Assembly: GCA_964603925.1 (NCBI GenBank)
Contig: CAZRWX010000002.1
Coordinates: forward strand, 1-61,104
Reading direction: 5' to 3'
DNA length: 61,104 nt
DNA from: an uncultured Bifidobacteriales bacterium
Lineage (GTDB): Bacteria > Fibrobacterota > Fibrobacteria > UBA11236 > JADFYW01
This document shows, in pieces, positions 29,099-38,955 of the stretch (positions are counted from its first letter, which is position 1; each line of letters starts with the position of its first letter). The position numbers and the translations under genes were made by a program. The notes under the pieces were generated by a model, which was given only the letters and a program-made list of their open reading frames with translations, did not search any database and was not told the origin of the DNA.

Positions 29099-30133
29099 AT
29101 GCGGGTTGATCAAATCATAATTACCGGTAAATGTCAGGCGGAGGTTAAACAAATTGAAATTTCCGATACACTCCCACCGGGTACAATGCTAATGGAGACT
29201 CAGTCTACTTTTATAAGCGCTGGCACAGAGTGTTCCATATTCAGCGCTGTAGAAAGTGCAGTATATACTAAGGGCTCCTGGTGTGCCTATCCCTGGAACT
29301 CCGGCTATGCCAATGTCGCCAAAGTCCTTAAAACGGGAGATGGAGTTAAGGGTTTTAAAGAGGGCGATTTGGTATTCACCAATGCCTCACATATATCCCA
29401 TTATTTTATCAGTCCCCATGCTTTTGCTGTTAAAGCACCCGAGTCTGTTTCACCGGATATTATCGCCGCCTCCCGTATGGCGGGGGTATCAACTGCCGCC
29501 CTTACAGTCACCGATCTGGGTATGACTCCCTGGGTAGTAGTATTTGGCCTTGGTATGGTGGGTAACCTTGCCGCCCAGGCCTGCCAGATAATGGGCGCCA
29601 GGGTTATTGGTGCGGATCCAAGCCCCAAACGCTGCAGCCTGGCAAAGGAATGCGGCATTAAAAACACAGTAAGCGGCAGCCCCGAAGAGGTTCAGAAAGC
29701 CGTAGAAGCCTTAACCGGCGGTGAAATGGCTTTGATAACGATTGATGCTGTTGGTCACAGCGCCGTGGTTATGCAGGCTCTTAAATGCACCAGAAGCTAT
29801 GGGCAAATCATACTGCTCGGTTCTCCAAGAGTTCCATATGAGGCTAACCTCACAGACTTTTTGTCTGATGTTCATCTCCGGTGGCTCCAGGTTAAGGGTG
29901 CCCTGGAGTGGAACCTTCCCTTAAGAGCTATAGAGGCTATGAACGGGGGTTCCCGTCCGGATCTCAGTTTGGTTACTAAACAAGAGCGCATCTTCAGCTG
30001 GATGGAGCAGGGGCTTATGAAGATAGAACCCCTTATCAGCCACCGCATCAAGCCGGCAGAAATTCAATCCGCTTATGAGGGCCTTTTAAATGACAAGGAA
30101 AACTACTACGGCGTAGTTATAAAGTGGAAGTAG
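29099..30133 (+). CDS. Medium-chain dehydrogenase/reductase (MDR) family oxidoreductase
   Basis: Rossmann motif VVVFGLGMVGNLAAQ and a GroES-like N-terminal domain. GGAGG SD 6 nt upstream. Confidence 0.8.
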   Translation: MRVDQIIITGKCQAEVKQIEISDTLPPGTMLMETQSTFISAGTECSIFSAVESAVYTKGSWCAYPWNSGYANVAKVLKTGDGVKGFKEGDLVFTNASHISHYFISPHAFAVKAPESVSPDIIAASRMAGVSTAALTVTDLGMTPWVVVFGLGMVGNLAAQACQIMGARVIGADPSPKRCSLAKECGIKNTVSGSPEEVQKAVEALTGGEMALITIDAVGHSAVVMQALKCTRSYGQIILLGSPRVPYEANLTDFLSDVHLRWLQVKGALEWNLPLRAIEAMNGGSRPDLSLVTKQERIFSWMEQGLMKIEPLISHRIKPAEIQSAYEGLLNDKENYYGVVIKWK

Positions 30134-30299
30134 GTAAGATAGACGGAGGCAATTTTAAATATCAGCCTCCCATATCTTCCTCCCTCTAAGGGCAGCCCAT
30201 GGGGGCCTGCGGGTACTCAGAGCGTGTGTTGCCTGTATTTGAGGAGCTTTCTCCAGGTTTCTGCGAAACCCGCACTGCCTGGCTGTCCCAAAAGCGTAA

Positions 30300-30806
30300 T
30301 TAATTTAGGGGTTTCAGGCTCTGAGTTGCCTGGGCGATGAATTCGTCTTCGGATTCATCTGTGGGCAGCAGCCTGTTACTGCGGCCCCGGAATATATTTA
30401 ACAGCCAGATAATTACATAGAAAAAGGCGAAAGCTGTGAGGCCATGCACAATCATACCTGAGCCAATGGACATACCCAGGATAATGACAACAAAAAGAAT
30501 GGCAGCGTTCATGGCGGAAGGTATGGGATTGCGAAAACGCAGGAAAGCGGCAATACCAAAAAGAGCAAATGCCCGCGGCAGGCTTTCTCCAATAAAAACC
30601 ATGGCAAGGCAGGAGGCAATGCATGTGAGAGTTTGAGCTTTGGCTACGCTCATGCGCTCACGGCGGCGGCGAATGTGGGCCAGATTGGAGATGTGAAATG
30701 CTATAAGTGCGCCCACCAGAGCCGATAAGGTAAGCTTAAAGAGGAGTAGATCCGAACCAATGTAAAGAGCGCTACTGGACCCTTCAGATTTAAATAGTTC
30801 AAGCAT
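30300..30806 (-). CDS. DUF4956-like membrane protein
   Basis: The FALFGIAAFLRFRNPIP...ILFVVIILGM segment resembles the DUF4956 core (LFAIFSIxRYRTxxIP). 4 TM. Confidence 0.55.
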   Translation of the reverse strand: MLELFKSEGSSSALYIGSDLLLFKLTLSALVGALIAFHISNLAHIRRRRERMSVAKAQTLTCIASCLAMVFIGESLPRAFALFGIAAFLRFRNPIPSAMNAAILFVVIILGMSIGSGMIVHGLTAFAFFYVIIWLLNIFRGRSNRLLPTDESEDEFIAQATQSLKPLN

Positions 30807-31019
30807 AACGGCTCACAGTGTAAAAAATGACGGTTATTTCAATTCGCATTTAAAATAAGATTTTAAATGGTCAAAGTTTTAAAAAAATGGAACAAATGCA
30901 TATTAAAATAATTTTTTTATGGATGCGGGCATTATTAAATACAATAATGAGAAATATCCCCGCAGGTCAAAATTATTATTGAAGTCTGTTGGCTGGGGTT
31001 TTTTGGCTGATGGTATAAT

Positions 31020-31547
31020 ATGAAGGAACTTTTTTTAATCCGACACGCAAAATCCAGCTGGCGGCATCCAGAGCTTGAAGACATTGATCGTCCTCTAAAG
31101 AAAAATGGTGTAGAAACAGCCTATGACATGGCACGCGGTCTGCAGGAGGAAGAGCTTAAGCCTGACATTGTTATTGCCAGTCCCGCTGTACGTGCTTTTC
31201 ATACAGCTATTATTTTTTCCCGTGTTTTAAAGTTTCCCCTGGAAAAAATACATCTTCGTACGGAGATTTACGTGGGGGGGGTGGGTGAAGTTATGGGGCT
31301 TTTACAAGTATTGGGGGCCAAAACTTCACGAGTTTTTGTCTTTGGTCATATCCCTCTGTTACCAGATCTGGCTAATCATTACCTGGATGAGCCCATTGAG
31401 CACATTCCTACAGCGGGTATTTTAGGAATTCAGTTTAAAAAACGCAAACCCAAATCAGCCTCTACCCATAACGGGTCTATTATGTATCACGAGTTCCCTG
31501 GTAAGGCCCGGCAGCTCAACCATTCCCGGCCGTCAGGCCCGGTTTAG
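31020..31547 (+). CDS. sixA: Histidine phosphatase superfamily protein, SixA-like
   Basis: LIRHAKS (RHG-type catalytic motif), DRPL and SPAVRAFHTA motifs. 175 aa. Confidence 0.7.
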   Translation: MKELFLIRHAKSSWRHPELEDIDRPLKKNGVETAYDMARGLQEEELKPDIVIASPAVRAFHTAIIFSRVLKFPLEKIHLRTEIYVGGVGEVMGLLQVLGAKTSRVFVFGHIPLLPDLANHYLDEPIEHIPTAGILGIQFKKRKPKSASTHNGSIMYHEFPGKARQLNHSRPSGPV

Positions 31548-31552
31548 TGGCT

Positions 31553-33667
31553 TTACAGCTTAGGCGGTGTTCGACGGACTTTCAGGGATTTTTCCGGTTG
31601 CTGCCTTTTTAGCTTGGAGGTCTGCTTGGTAAAGTTGTGAAAATGCACTTGAGCTGAAATAGCCTCCTGCCTTTTACCTGGCATAAGGAGTGTGTATGTG
31701 CCGTCAGAATTAAGAGTATGGGCGTGGGTGTTATCAGTAAAATAAATGTTAAGTATATTTTTAATTCTTGTAATATGCATGGGTGATTCTATAGGGAACA
31801 TCAGCTCAATGCGTTTTTCCATATTCCTGGGCATCCAGTCGGCGCTGGACAGGTAAGCTTCCTCTTTGCCGTCATTCTGAAAATAAAAAATCCGGCTGTG
31901 CTCCAGATAACGGTCAATAATGGAAACAACGCGAATGTTGCTGCTCATATTTTTAACCCCTGGCACCAGTATGCAGATACCCCTGATATTTAATTGTATT
32001 TTAACACCTGCCCGGGAAGCGCGGTATAAGGCCTTAATTAAGTCGGGATCTGAAAGTGAATTCATTTTTGCCAGAATGAGTCCGGGCTTTTCAGGTGTGG
32101 ATTTTTCCATCTCCCTTTGTATAAGGTTAAGAAGCTTTGGCTTTATGGAAAAGGGTGCCATAAAAAGTTTGGTGAGATGCTCAACCTCTGAGTAACCAGT
32201 AATAGAGTTGAAAAATAATGAGCACTCGTAGGCAATATCATCACGGGTGGTAAAGAGACCCAGGTCCACATATAAGCCCGCAGTCTTTTCGTTGTAGTTA
32301 CCAGTTGCCAGGTGGACATAGCGTTTAATACCCATGGGCTCCCTGCGTACAATCAGCATAATTTTTGAATGGACTTTAAGATTGACAATACCGTATAACA
32401 CTATAGCACCTGCCTGTTCGAGTTGCTGTGCCCATACCAGGTTCTGGCTTTCATCAAATCGGGCTTTTATCTCTACCAGCACAGTAACATGAATACCGTT
32501 TTCAGCTGCCTTCATCAGGGCCTTAACTATAGGGGAGTGGCCGCTGGTGCGGTAAAGGGTCATTTTAATGGCCAGGACATTGGGGTCAATGGAGGCTTCT
32601 GTTAATATTTGGATTATGGGATCAAAAGATTCGTAAGGATGGTGTAATAGAAGGTCTCTTTTTGATATTGCCTCCCATATGTTTTCATCAGCACCCAGCT
32701 CCCTGGGAGAGCGAGGCTGCCATTTGGGGTAACACAAATGGGAAAATTCCTGCAGCCCTGATATGCTCATAAAAGTTTTAAGATCCAGAGGTCCGGGTAT
32801 TTTATAGATATCGGCTTCCAGTACATTAAAGGCACTGGAAAGCTTGCTTCGCAGAGATTGATTTGAAGTGCTTATCTCCATACGTACCGGGTTGCTGTGT
32901 TCGCGCTGAGTGATAACCTCCGCCATAGCTTCCATAAAATCTTCATCCCTGGCTTCATTAACGCTCAAGTCAGCGTCTCGCGTGATACGGAAAGCGCATA
33001 CTTTATCTATGATATAACCCGGGAAAAGCTTGTGCCCGTTATCGGCGATGATATCTTCGATGAGCATTAGAGATACTGATTTTGGGCCTGAGCGAAGGAA
33101 GCGGAACCGGCTCAAACCAGAGGGTATTTGCACAATGGATAAAAATGGGGAGCGGCGCTGTCCCTCCTTGTTAAGCTGGAAAGCCAGATTAAAGGAAATA
33201 ATGCCTGAACAGGGTACTTTTTTGCCATCTTCTATTTTTAGAGGTGTTAAAACAGGCATTAGCTCCCGGTCAAAAACCTCTTCAGCGTATTGATGATGAT
33301 CGCTGGTAAAAGAACCAAGCTTCAAAATTTTAAGACCTTTTTTAACCAGGGCGGGAAGAACATGATTGTTAAGACAGTGATACTGCCTGTCCACCATTTG
33401 ACGGACATTTTTTTCGATAGCTTCGAGCTGCTGGAGTGGAGTCATGCCCGCAGGGCAGGGGCCCTTTTTATTTAACAGATTCTGTCTTTTAAGACTGGCC
33501 ACCCTGACCATGAAAAACTCATCTAAATTTGAGCTGACAATTGCGAGGAATTTAAGCTGTTCCAGCAGGGGAACGGAATCACGAAATGCTTCAGACATCA
33601 CCCGCGAATTAAACTGGACCCAGCTTAATTCACGGTTGAAAAATTTATCATATCTTGACTTATCCAT
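31553..33667 (-). CDS. ppk1: Polyphosphate kinase 1
   Basis: 704 aa. N-terminal FFNRELSWVQFNSRV and two PLD-like HSK motif regions (KVHSKIMLI). Confidence 0.95.
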   Translation of the reverse strand: MDKSRYDKFFNRELSWVQFNSRVMSEAFRDSVPLLEQLKFLAIVSSNLDEFFMVRVASLKRQNLLNKKGPCPAGMTPLQQLEAIEKNVRQMVDRQYHCLNNHVLPALVKKGLKILKLGSFTSDHHQYAEEVFDRELMPVLTPLKIEDGKKVPCSGIISFNLAFQLNKEGQRRSPFLSIVQIPSGLSRFRFLRSGPKSVSLMLIEDIIADNGHKLFPGYIIDKVCAFRITRDADLSVNEARDEDFMEAMAEVITQREHSNPVRMEISTSNQSLRSKLSSAFNVLEADIYKIPGPLDLKTFMSISGLQEFSHLCYPKWQPRSPRELGADENIWEAISKRDLLLHHPYESFDPIIQILTEASIDPNVLAIKMTLYRTSGHSPIVKALMKAAENGIHVTVLVEIKARFDESQNLVWAQQLEQAGAIVLYGIVNLKVHSKIMLIVRREPMGIKRYVHLATGNYNEKTAGLYVDLGLFTTRDDIAYECSLFFNSITGYSEVEHLTKLFMAPFSIKPKLLNLIQREMEKSTPEKPGLILAKMNSLSDPDLIKALYRASRAGVKIQLNIRGICILVPGVKNMSSNIRVVSIIDRYLEHSRIFYFQNDGKEEAYLSSADWMPRNMEKRIELMFPIESPMHITRIKNILNIYFTDNTHAHTLNSDGTYTLLMPGKRQEAISAQVHFHNFTKQTSKLKRQQPEKSLKVRRTPPKL

Positions 33668-33709
33668 AGTTCATGTATTTTTTTAGTAAAAAGTGATTGT
33701 TTAGTGCTT

Positions 33710-35263
33710 TTATTGGCTCTCTTTGAAAGTAAGATGGAGACCAAATACCGACTCAAACATTCTGGTTTCGGTTATGGTAAAATTCCTGTTGACGCCTATA
33801 TTGCCTGTAGAATGGCAGCTAATAACCAGCTCCTCCTTATTGCGCTCTATGTGGAAGTTCCTGTGAACTCTGGCATGACTGCGGTCGATGCCCTCCGCCA
33901 GGCGAAGGAGTGCGGCCAGTTTATTTACTACTATGCGGTTTTCCCGGGAAAGGGAGACAAAAGAGGTGTGGGATTCTAATGGCAGGGCCTTGCGATGATA
34001 TCGTGCTACATTGGCCACTATGTTTAAGTCGTCTTTATTAAGACCAAAAACCTCGGCATTTTGAATAAGGTAAAGGCTGTGTTTATGATGGCTGCTGTGG
34101 TTTATGTATTTGCCAATATCGTGAAGTATGGCGGCCACCTCCAGAAGCATAAGCTGATGGCCGCTCAGACCGTGCTCAGACTGCAGGGCCTGGAACAGTT
34201 TGGCGGACATCCTTTGTACTCGTAAAGCATGTTTCTCTTCAAACAGGAATTTACGCCCCAGAATAATGGCAGAAGCCTTTACCTGAGATAAGAGTTCCTT
34301 TTCTGTAGCTCCCGTAGACCCCCTGGAGAGTTGAATGAGGGTGCCTTCGCGAATAGTGGTGGTTGGCACAACAAGCTGCTTTGCAGAGGTAAACTCCAGG
34401 ATTATATCATAGATCAAGAGACCGGGCATGAGGGATTCTGCTTCTTGATAGGTTATCTGATAGCGTTTAACGGCTTCGTCCACGGTCATGGTACTCAGTT
34501 TGGCTACAAAATCGCTGAAAGCAGATCTCTCAATGATATATTGGTGCTGGCCTTTGGGCTCACCAATGATGGCGGCTGTACGACGGGCTTCTCCGCTCAC
34601 CGCAATAAAATTGCGGATCTGCTTGAGGCGAAATTCATTATTTAAAAGAGAAACCGTTGATTGAAAACTGTCTTGTAAAAAAGCTTTTACCTGAATAAGA
34701 GAGCCTTGAGTAAAAATAGCCTGCTGCTCCATACGGGCTGTACCCAGATTAAGGGAATGTGCGGCTACCATTTTACCCTTATTTAACAGCATAATTGCCA
34801 GGCTGCCGCCCCCTATTTCCATAATAAGAGAGTTGCTGATATTAAAGTTGGACCATGAATGCCGCAGGGCGTATTGCACTGCCAAATATGCCAGAATGTT
34901 TTCTTCGATACCCTCTATTACTCGTATTTTAATTTGGGTACGCAGAGCAACTCTATCGATAAATGTATCCCGGTTTTTTGCCTCCCTGAGCGCGCTGGTG
35001 GCTATTGCTTCAACCTTTTGCGGTACCACTTGCCAGCTGTCCAGCATCTCCCGGAAGCCACTTAGTATCTGCAGGCATTGAGTCTGGGTCTCACGGCTTA
35101 TTTCGCCGGAGGAGAACACATCACGGCCCAGGGGGATAGGGCGTTCAGCTTTGTCCAGCAGTACCCACTCATCGGGACCGGTAATGTCGGCAATAAGCAT
35201 ACGGATGCCCACTGTGCCTATATCAATAACTGCATGAATATTTCTATTAACGGGGATACTCAC
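33710..35263 (-). CDS. ppx: Ppx/GppA family exopolyphosphatase with C-terminal HD domain
   Basis: AVIDIGTVGIRM ASKHA-fold N-terminus and HDIGKYINHSSHHKHS HD domain. 517 aa. Confidence 0.9.
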   Translation of the reverse strand: MSIPVNRNIHAVIDIGTVGIRMLIADITGPDEWVLLDKAERPIPLGRDVFSSGEISRETQTQCLQILSGFREMLDSWQVVPQKVEAIATSALREAKNRDTFIDRVALRTQIKIRVIEGIEENILAYLAVQYALRHSWSNFNISNSLIMEIGGGSLAIMLLNKGKMVAAHSLNLGTARMEQQAIFTQGSLIQVKAFLQDSFQSTVSLLNNEFRLKQIRNFIAVSGEARRTAAIIGEPKGQHQYIIERSAFSDFVAKLSTMTVDEAVKRYQITYQEAESLMPGLLIYDIILEFTSAKQLVVPTTTIREGTLIQLSRGSTGATEKELLSQVKASAIILGRKFLFEEKHALRVQRMSAKLFQALQSEHGLSGHQLMLLEVAAILHDIGKYINHSSHHKHSLYLIQNAEVFGLNKDDLNIVANVARYHRKALPLESHTSFVSLSRENRIVVNKLAALLRLAEGIDRSHARVHRNFHIERNKEELVISCHSTGNIGVNRNFTITETRMFESVFGLHLTFKESQ

Positions 35264-36258
35264 GACTTTGTATTCCTGGAATTAATGTGATCCAAAACCA
35301 AAGCGCCAGCGCCTTTTGCTACTGAATAATCGCCCAATGAGGCCTTGACTACTTTTACATCCCCAACCAGGCGGGATATGGCGTGGGTGCTCATGGATTG
35401 ACAAGCTTCTTTTATGTAAGAGTCCCCCAGGCGGTCTATAAAGCCGCCGCCCAGAACAATAAGGTCGGGGTTAAATATGTTAACGCAGTTTGCCATGGCA
35501 ATGCCAAGATAATGGGCCGACCGGCTTATTACCTCTTGAACTGGGGCTTCTCCGGCCTTAAGCGAATTGTATATGACCTTGCTGCGTATCTTTCGTAGAT
35601 CTGTACCTGCATGTTTGTGAATAATGGGAGCCTGACCAAACCCCGCCAGTGCCGCCAGGTCTTTGGCTACTGACGTACGGCTGCAAAGGGCCTCTGTGCA
35701 GCCAAGTTGGCCGCAGCCGCAGCGCGGACCGCCGGCTTGGATTATCATGTGGCCCAACTCGCCTGCACACCCAGAAGCACCGCGGAAAAGGTTACCGTTG
35801 AGAATAAGGCCCCCGCCCAGGCCTGTGCCAGAATACAGACCAACTATGTGCTTAAAACCCCGGGCCGCACCCAGTTTAAATTCCCCAAACAACCCCGCGT
35901 TGACGTCGTTGTCTACTATAACCGGGCCTTTATAAAACGGTTTAAAGGCCCTACCCAGGTTAATGTCACCGATACCTAAATTTGGGGGAGACATCATAAT
36001 GCCTGTATGATGGTTAACGGGACTGGGTACCCCTATGCCGATACCTGATATATTATCCATGGTCAGGTTGGCTGCCTTTAACGCCTCATTAATAGTGCTT
36101 TCAAGAGAGGGGATGAGAATTTTGGTGGTTAAATTACCGGGAAGTTTTTGTCTGGCCGTGCTGATTATGCTGAACTTATTGTCTAATACTACAGCCAGCA
36201 GCTTAGTTCCACCGAAATCAAAGCCAATGATATATTGTTTGTTCTTTTCATTTGTCAT
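35260..36258 (-). CDS. ROK family sugar kinase (glucokinase-like; possibly polyphosphate-dependent)
   Basis: GFDFGGTK, VDNDVNAGLFGE and the ROK zinc motif GHMIIQAGGPRCGCGQLGCTE. It overlaps the ppx start by 4 nt. Confidence 0.85.
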   Translation of the reverse strand: MTNEKNKQYIIGFDFGGTKLLAVVLDNKFSIISTARQKLPGNLTTKILIPSLESTINEALKAANLTMDNISGIGIGVPSPVNHHTGIMMSPPNLGIGDINLGRAFKPFYKGPVIVDNDVNAGLFGEFKLGAARGFKHIVGLYSGTGLGGGLILNGNLFRGASGCAGELGHMIIQAGGPRCGCGQLGCTEALCSRTSVAKDLAALAGFGQAPIIHKHAGTDLRKIRSKVIYNSLKAGEAPVQEVISRSAHYLGIAMANCVNIFNPDLIVLGGGFIDRLGDSYIKEACQSMSTHAISRLVGDVKVVKASLGDYSVAKGAGALVLDHINSRNTKS

Positions 36259-36321
36259 AAACTATGCCCTTAATATAAAAAATTTTAAATCGATGAACCC
36301 TGGAGTGACAGCCAAAGGTGC

Positions 36322-37965
36322 CTAAGGGGCCTTTACGGTTACCAGGCATTGTGCGCTTTTTTCGGAATCCTCCTCTGAAAATACAGTTACTATTACCTGG
36401 CCTGGCTGCAGGGTGTTTATAACACCGTTCTTAAGAATTATAACATCAAGGGTATCCAGGGACCAGAATATTTTCTGATTTGACTCATAGGGCTCAACAA
36501 TTGCTGTAAGAGTTGCGCTGTCCCCCAGATACAGGTCAACAGACTCCGGCCGCAACTTCACCTTACTGACATGTGGAGTACTAACATTGATATAACATCG
36601 TGAAAATTTAGTTGGGTCTGCAATCGAAATAGCTGATGCTATGGTAAATCCTGATTTAAGCCCAAAAACAGCGCCTTTAGAAACGGTTGCTATTGTTGGG
36701 TCATCTATCTCCCAGAGAAGTGTCTGGGAAGAACTGAAGGGCTTGACCCTGGTTTGTACTCGAAAACTTTCTCCTGCCCGCAGGGTAATGGAATCTGGAA
36801 CGATAAAAATACTGTCTACACCAGAGGACGTAGCACCTGGGCCGGAGGGCATATACAGTCGAATGGTGATAGCAGCAAGAAGTATAATGGCCACCCAGAT
36901 AAAGGGGTTTTTGTAGGGGGGTAGGGTTATGGTCGTGGACCCGGTTATGTGAGTGGCTTCCGCCCCTGTTGGTGTGGGAAATTGAATGCCTGTATTTGAT
37001 ATGGCCAGCAGCTGAGAGGGTGTAAGCTTTGGGGAGCCCGTGGAAGTGATTTCAGAACCCGGAGTACTGTGCTTTTTCACTATAGCCGCATTTGGTATGG
37101 GACCGATACCGTTCAGGAAATCTTTGAGCATCTCCTCCAGGTTGAATATTCCATGTTTACCCAGATAATTACGCAGAGCGTCGGCTAACTGCCTGGAATT
37201 TGGGCTGCGCTTGTCCGGGGCTTTTTGTAGTAAACCATTTACATAATTTTTTAGCTCCGGGTCTATGTCTGATCGCAGGGACTCTAATGCCATGGGCGTA
37301 TCGTTACAAACTTTACGCATGATCTGTGTCATATTTTTCCCTGAAAATGGCAACTGACCGCTTAAACAATAATAAAATACTATGCCAAGAGCCCAGAGGT
37401 CAGCTTTGGGGGTAAGAGCCTCCTCGTTAAACTGCTCTGGCGCCATAAAGTGTGGTGATCCCAGTAAAGTGCCAATTTGTGTATGCCCGGTTATTGTTGA
37501 TAATTTAGCAATACCGAAATCAGCAATTTTAAGGACCCCGCATTTACTGATTATGAGGTTGTCCGGTTTGATATCCCGATGTACAACCTGATGCTGATCG
37601 GCAACAGCCAGACCTTCCGCAGCCTGACAGATAAGGGCTGCGCATACATGGGAAGGAAGCCTCTTCTTTTTAAATTGAGAACAGATAGCCGATAATGTAT
37701 AGCCTTTAATATGCTCCATAACAAAGAATTGGCGGTTATCCTGAAAACCATAGTCGTAAATTTCTATGATATGAGGGCTTTTTAAGGCAGCTGAAGTTTT
37801 GGCTTCATCTGTAAAACGGTTTAAAAGCGAAGAATCGGTAGAAAAGTGGGGTTGAAGAACCTTAAGGGCAACCTGACGGTTTAGGAGGGGGTCTTGAGCC
37901 AGGTAAATTTTGGCCATACCGCCTTCACCTATTTCAGAAATTATATCGTAACGCCCGAAATTCAT
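36322..37965 (-). CDS. Ser/Thr protein kinase with a TM segment and extracytoplasmic Big_2-like Ig domains
   Basis: GEGGMAKIY, HRDIKPDN and DFGIAK kinase motifs. TM IWVAIILLAAITI. Two C-terminal Ig-like repeats. Confidence 0.9.
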   Translation of the reverse strand: MNFGRYDIISEIGEGGMAKIYLAQDPLLNRQVALKVLQPHFSTDSSLLNRFTDEAKTSAALKSPHIIEIYDYGFQDNRQFFVMEHIKGYTLSAICSQFKKKRLPSHVCAALICQAAEGLAVADQHQVVHRDIKPDNLIISKCGVLKIADFGIAKLSTITGHTQIGTLLGSPHFMAPEQFNEEALTPKADLWALGIVFYYCLSGQLPFSGKNMTQIMRKVCNDTPMALESLRSDIDPELKNYVNGLLQKAPDKRSPNSRQLADALRNYLGKHGIFNLEEMLKDFLNGIGPIPNAAIVKKHSTPGSEITSTGSPKLTPSQLLAISNTGIQFPTPTGAEATHITGSTTITLPPYKNPFIWVAIILLAAITIRLYMPSGPGATSSGVDSIFIVPDSITLRAGESFRVQTRVKPFSSSQTLLWEIDDPTIATVSKGAVFGLKSGFTIASAISIADPTKFSRCYINVSTPHVSKVKLRPESVDLYLGDSATLTAIVEPYESNQKIFWSLDTLDVIILKNGVINTLQPGQVIVTVFSEEDSEKSAQCLVTVKAP

Positions 37966-38153
37966 AAGTTTTTAGACAGATTAAGAAGATTGGCTGATTT
38001 CATTTACTATGCTAACGCTCTGATAAAATTAAATAGCAATTTGTTATGAAATTTTATAAAAAAAACTTTTTTTCATTCTTGATGATGTTTCTCTCAATCC
38101 AGGATCATATTCTCATTATCATATTAATTAACCAATAATGGCATTCATAAAAT

Positions 38154-38576
38154 ATGGTAAGTATTATTCGACAGCCAAATTTCTTTTTTGTCATATCGGC
38201 GCTGTTACTTATACCCTTGGGTCTTGGTGTCAAGTTTTATGGCGGGCCTTTTAAATACTGGGTTAATGATTCTCTGGGTGGTGTTATTTATGTGATTTTC
38301 TGGTGTTTTTTTCTGGCCCTGTTTTTCAGGGATTTTGGCCGTATTAAACGGTTGCCAATATGGGTTTTTGTCTTTACCAGTCTGTTGGAGTGTTTGCAGT
38401 TGTGGAACCCTCCATTTCTAAATTTCATCCGCAATACTTTTATGGGTGCCGCTCTTCTGGGTAATACATTTACCTGGAGTGATTTTATCTATTATTTTGC
38501 CGGCTGCCTAATTAGCTGGTATATAATCGTTCTGTATGAACGTCTGATTCATATCAGGGCGGACAACGAGTTCTAA
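38154..38576 (+). CDS. DUF2809-like membrane protein
   Basis: 140 aa, 4 TM. ECLQLW...LLGNTFTWSDFIYYFAG resembles the DUF2809 conserved core. Confidence 0.55.
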   Translation: MVSIIRQPNFFFVISALLLIPLGLGVKFYGGPFKYWVNDSLGGVIYVIFWCFFLALFFRDFGRIKRLPIWVFVFTSLLECLQLWNPPFLNFIRNTFMGAALLGNTFTWSDFIYYFAGCLISWYIIVLYERLIHIRADNEF

Positions 38577-38577
38577 T

Positions 38578-38955
38578 ATGGGCTTTTTCAAGAGTAAAAA
38601 ATCCATTTGTCGATCACTGGCACAGCAGGCAATTAAAATGACTGGAGGCTGTTTTTCCGGGCAGACCGGGGCAGAGGCTTTTATTCAGCCATTAATTGCT
38701 CTGGGTTTGGGTCATGAGCAGATAATAAGCCTTATAAGCAAAATCCCATTTGGCTGGCAGCTTGATCATAAACAAATGTATTATGACTTTCGTTTGAGCA
38801 GGTGGATACGCCATATAGAACCGGACTCTTTAGAAACAAGCTTGCGGGAGACCCTGGAAACCGCACCCACTATTGAGCAGGGTCTGGAATGGGTCGGACA
38901 GATTGTGACTAAAGTATCCGAGGAGTTAAAAAACACTCCTTCTCAGAATATGTAG
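38578..38955 (+). CDS. Hypothetical protein
   Basis: 125-aa ORF starting 2 nt after the upstream gene. No recognisable motif. Confidence 0.4.
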   Translation: MGFFKSKKSICRSLAQQAIKMTGGCFSGQTGAEAFIQPLIALGLGHEQIISLISKIPFGWQLDHKQMYYDFRLSRWIRHIEPDSLETSLRETLETAPTIEQGLEWVGQIVTKVSEELKNTPSQNM

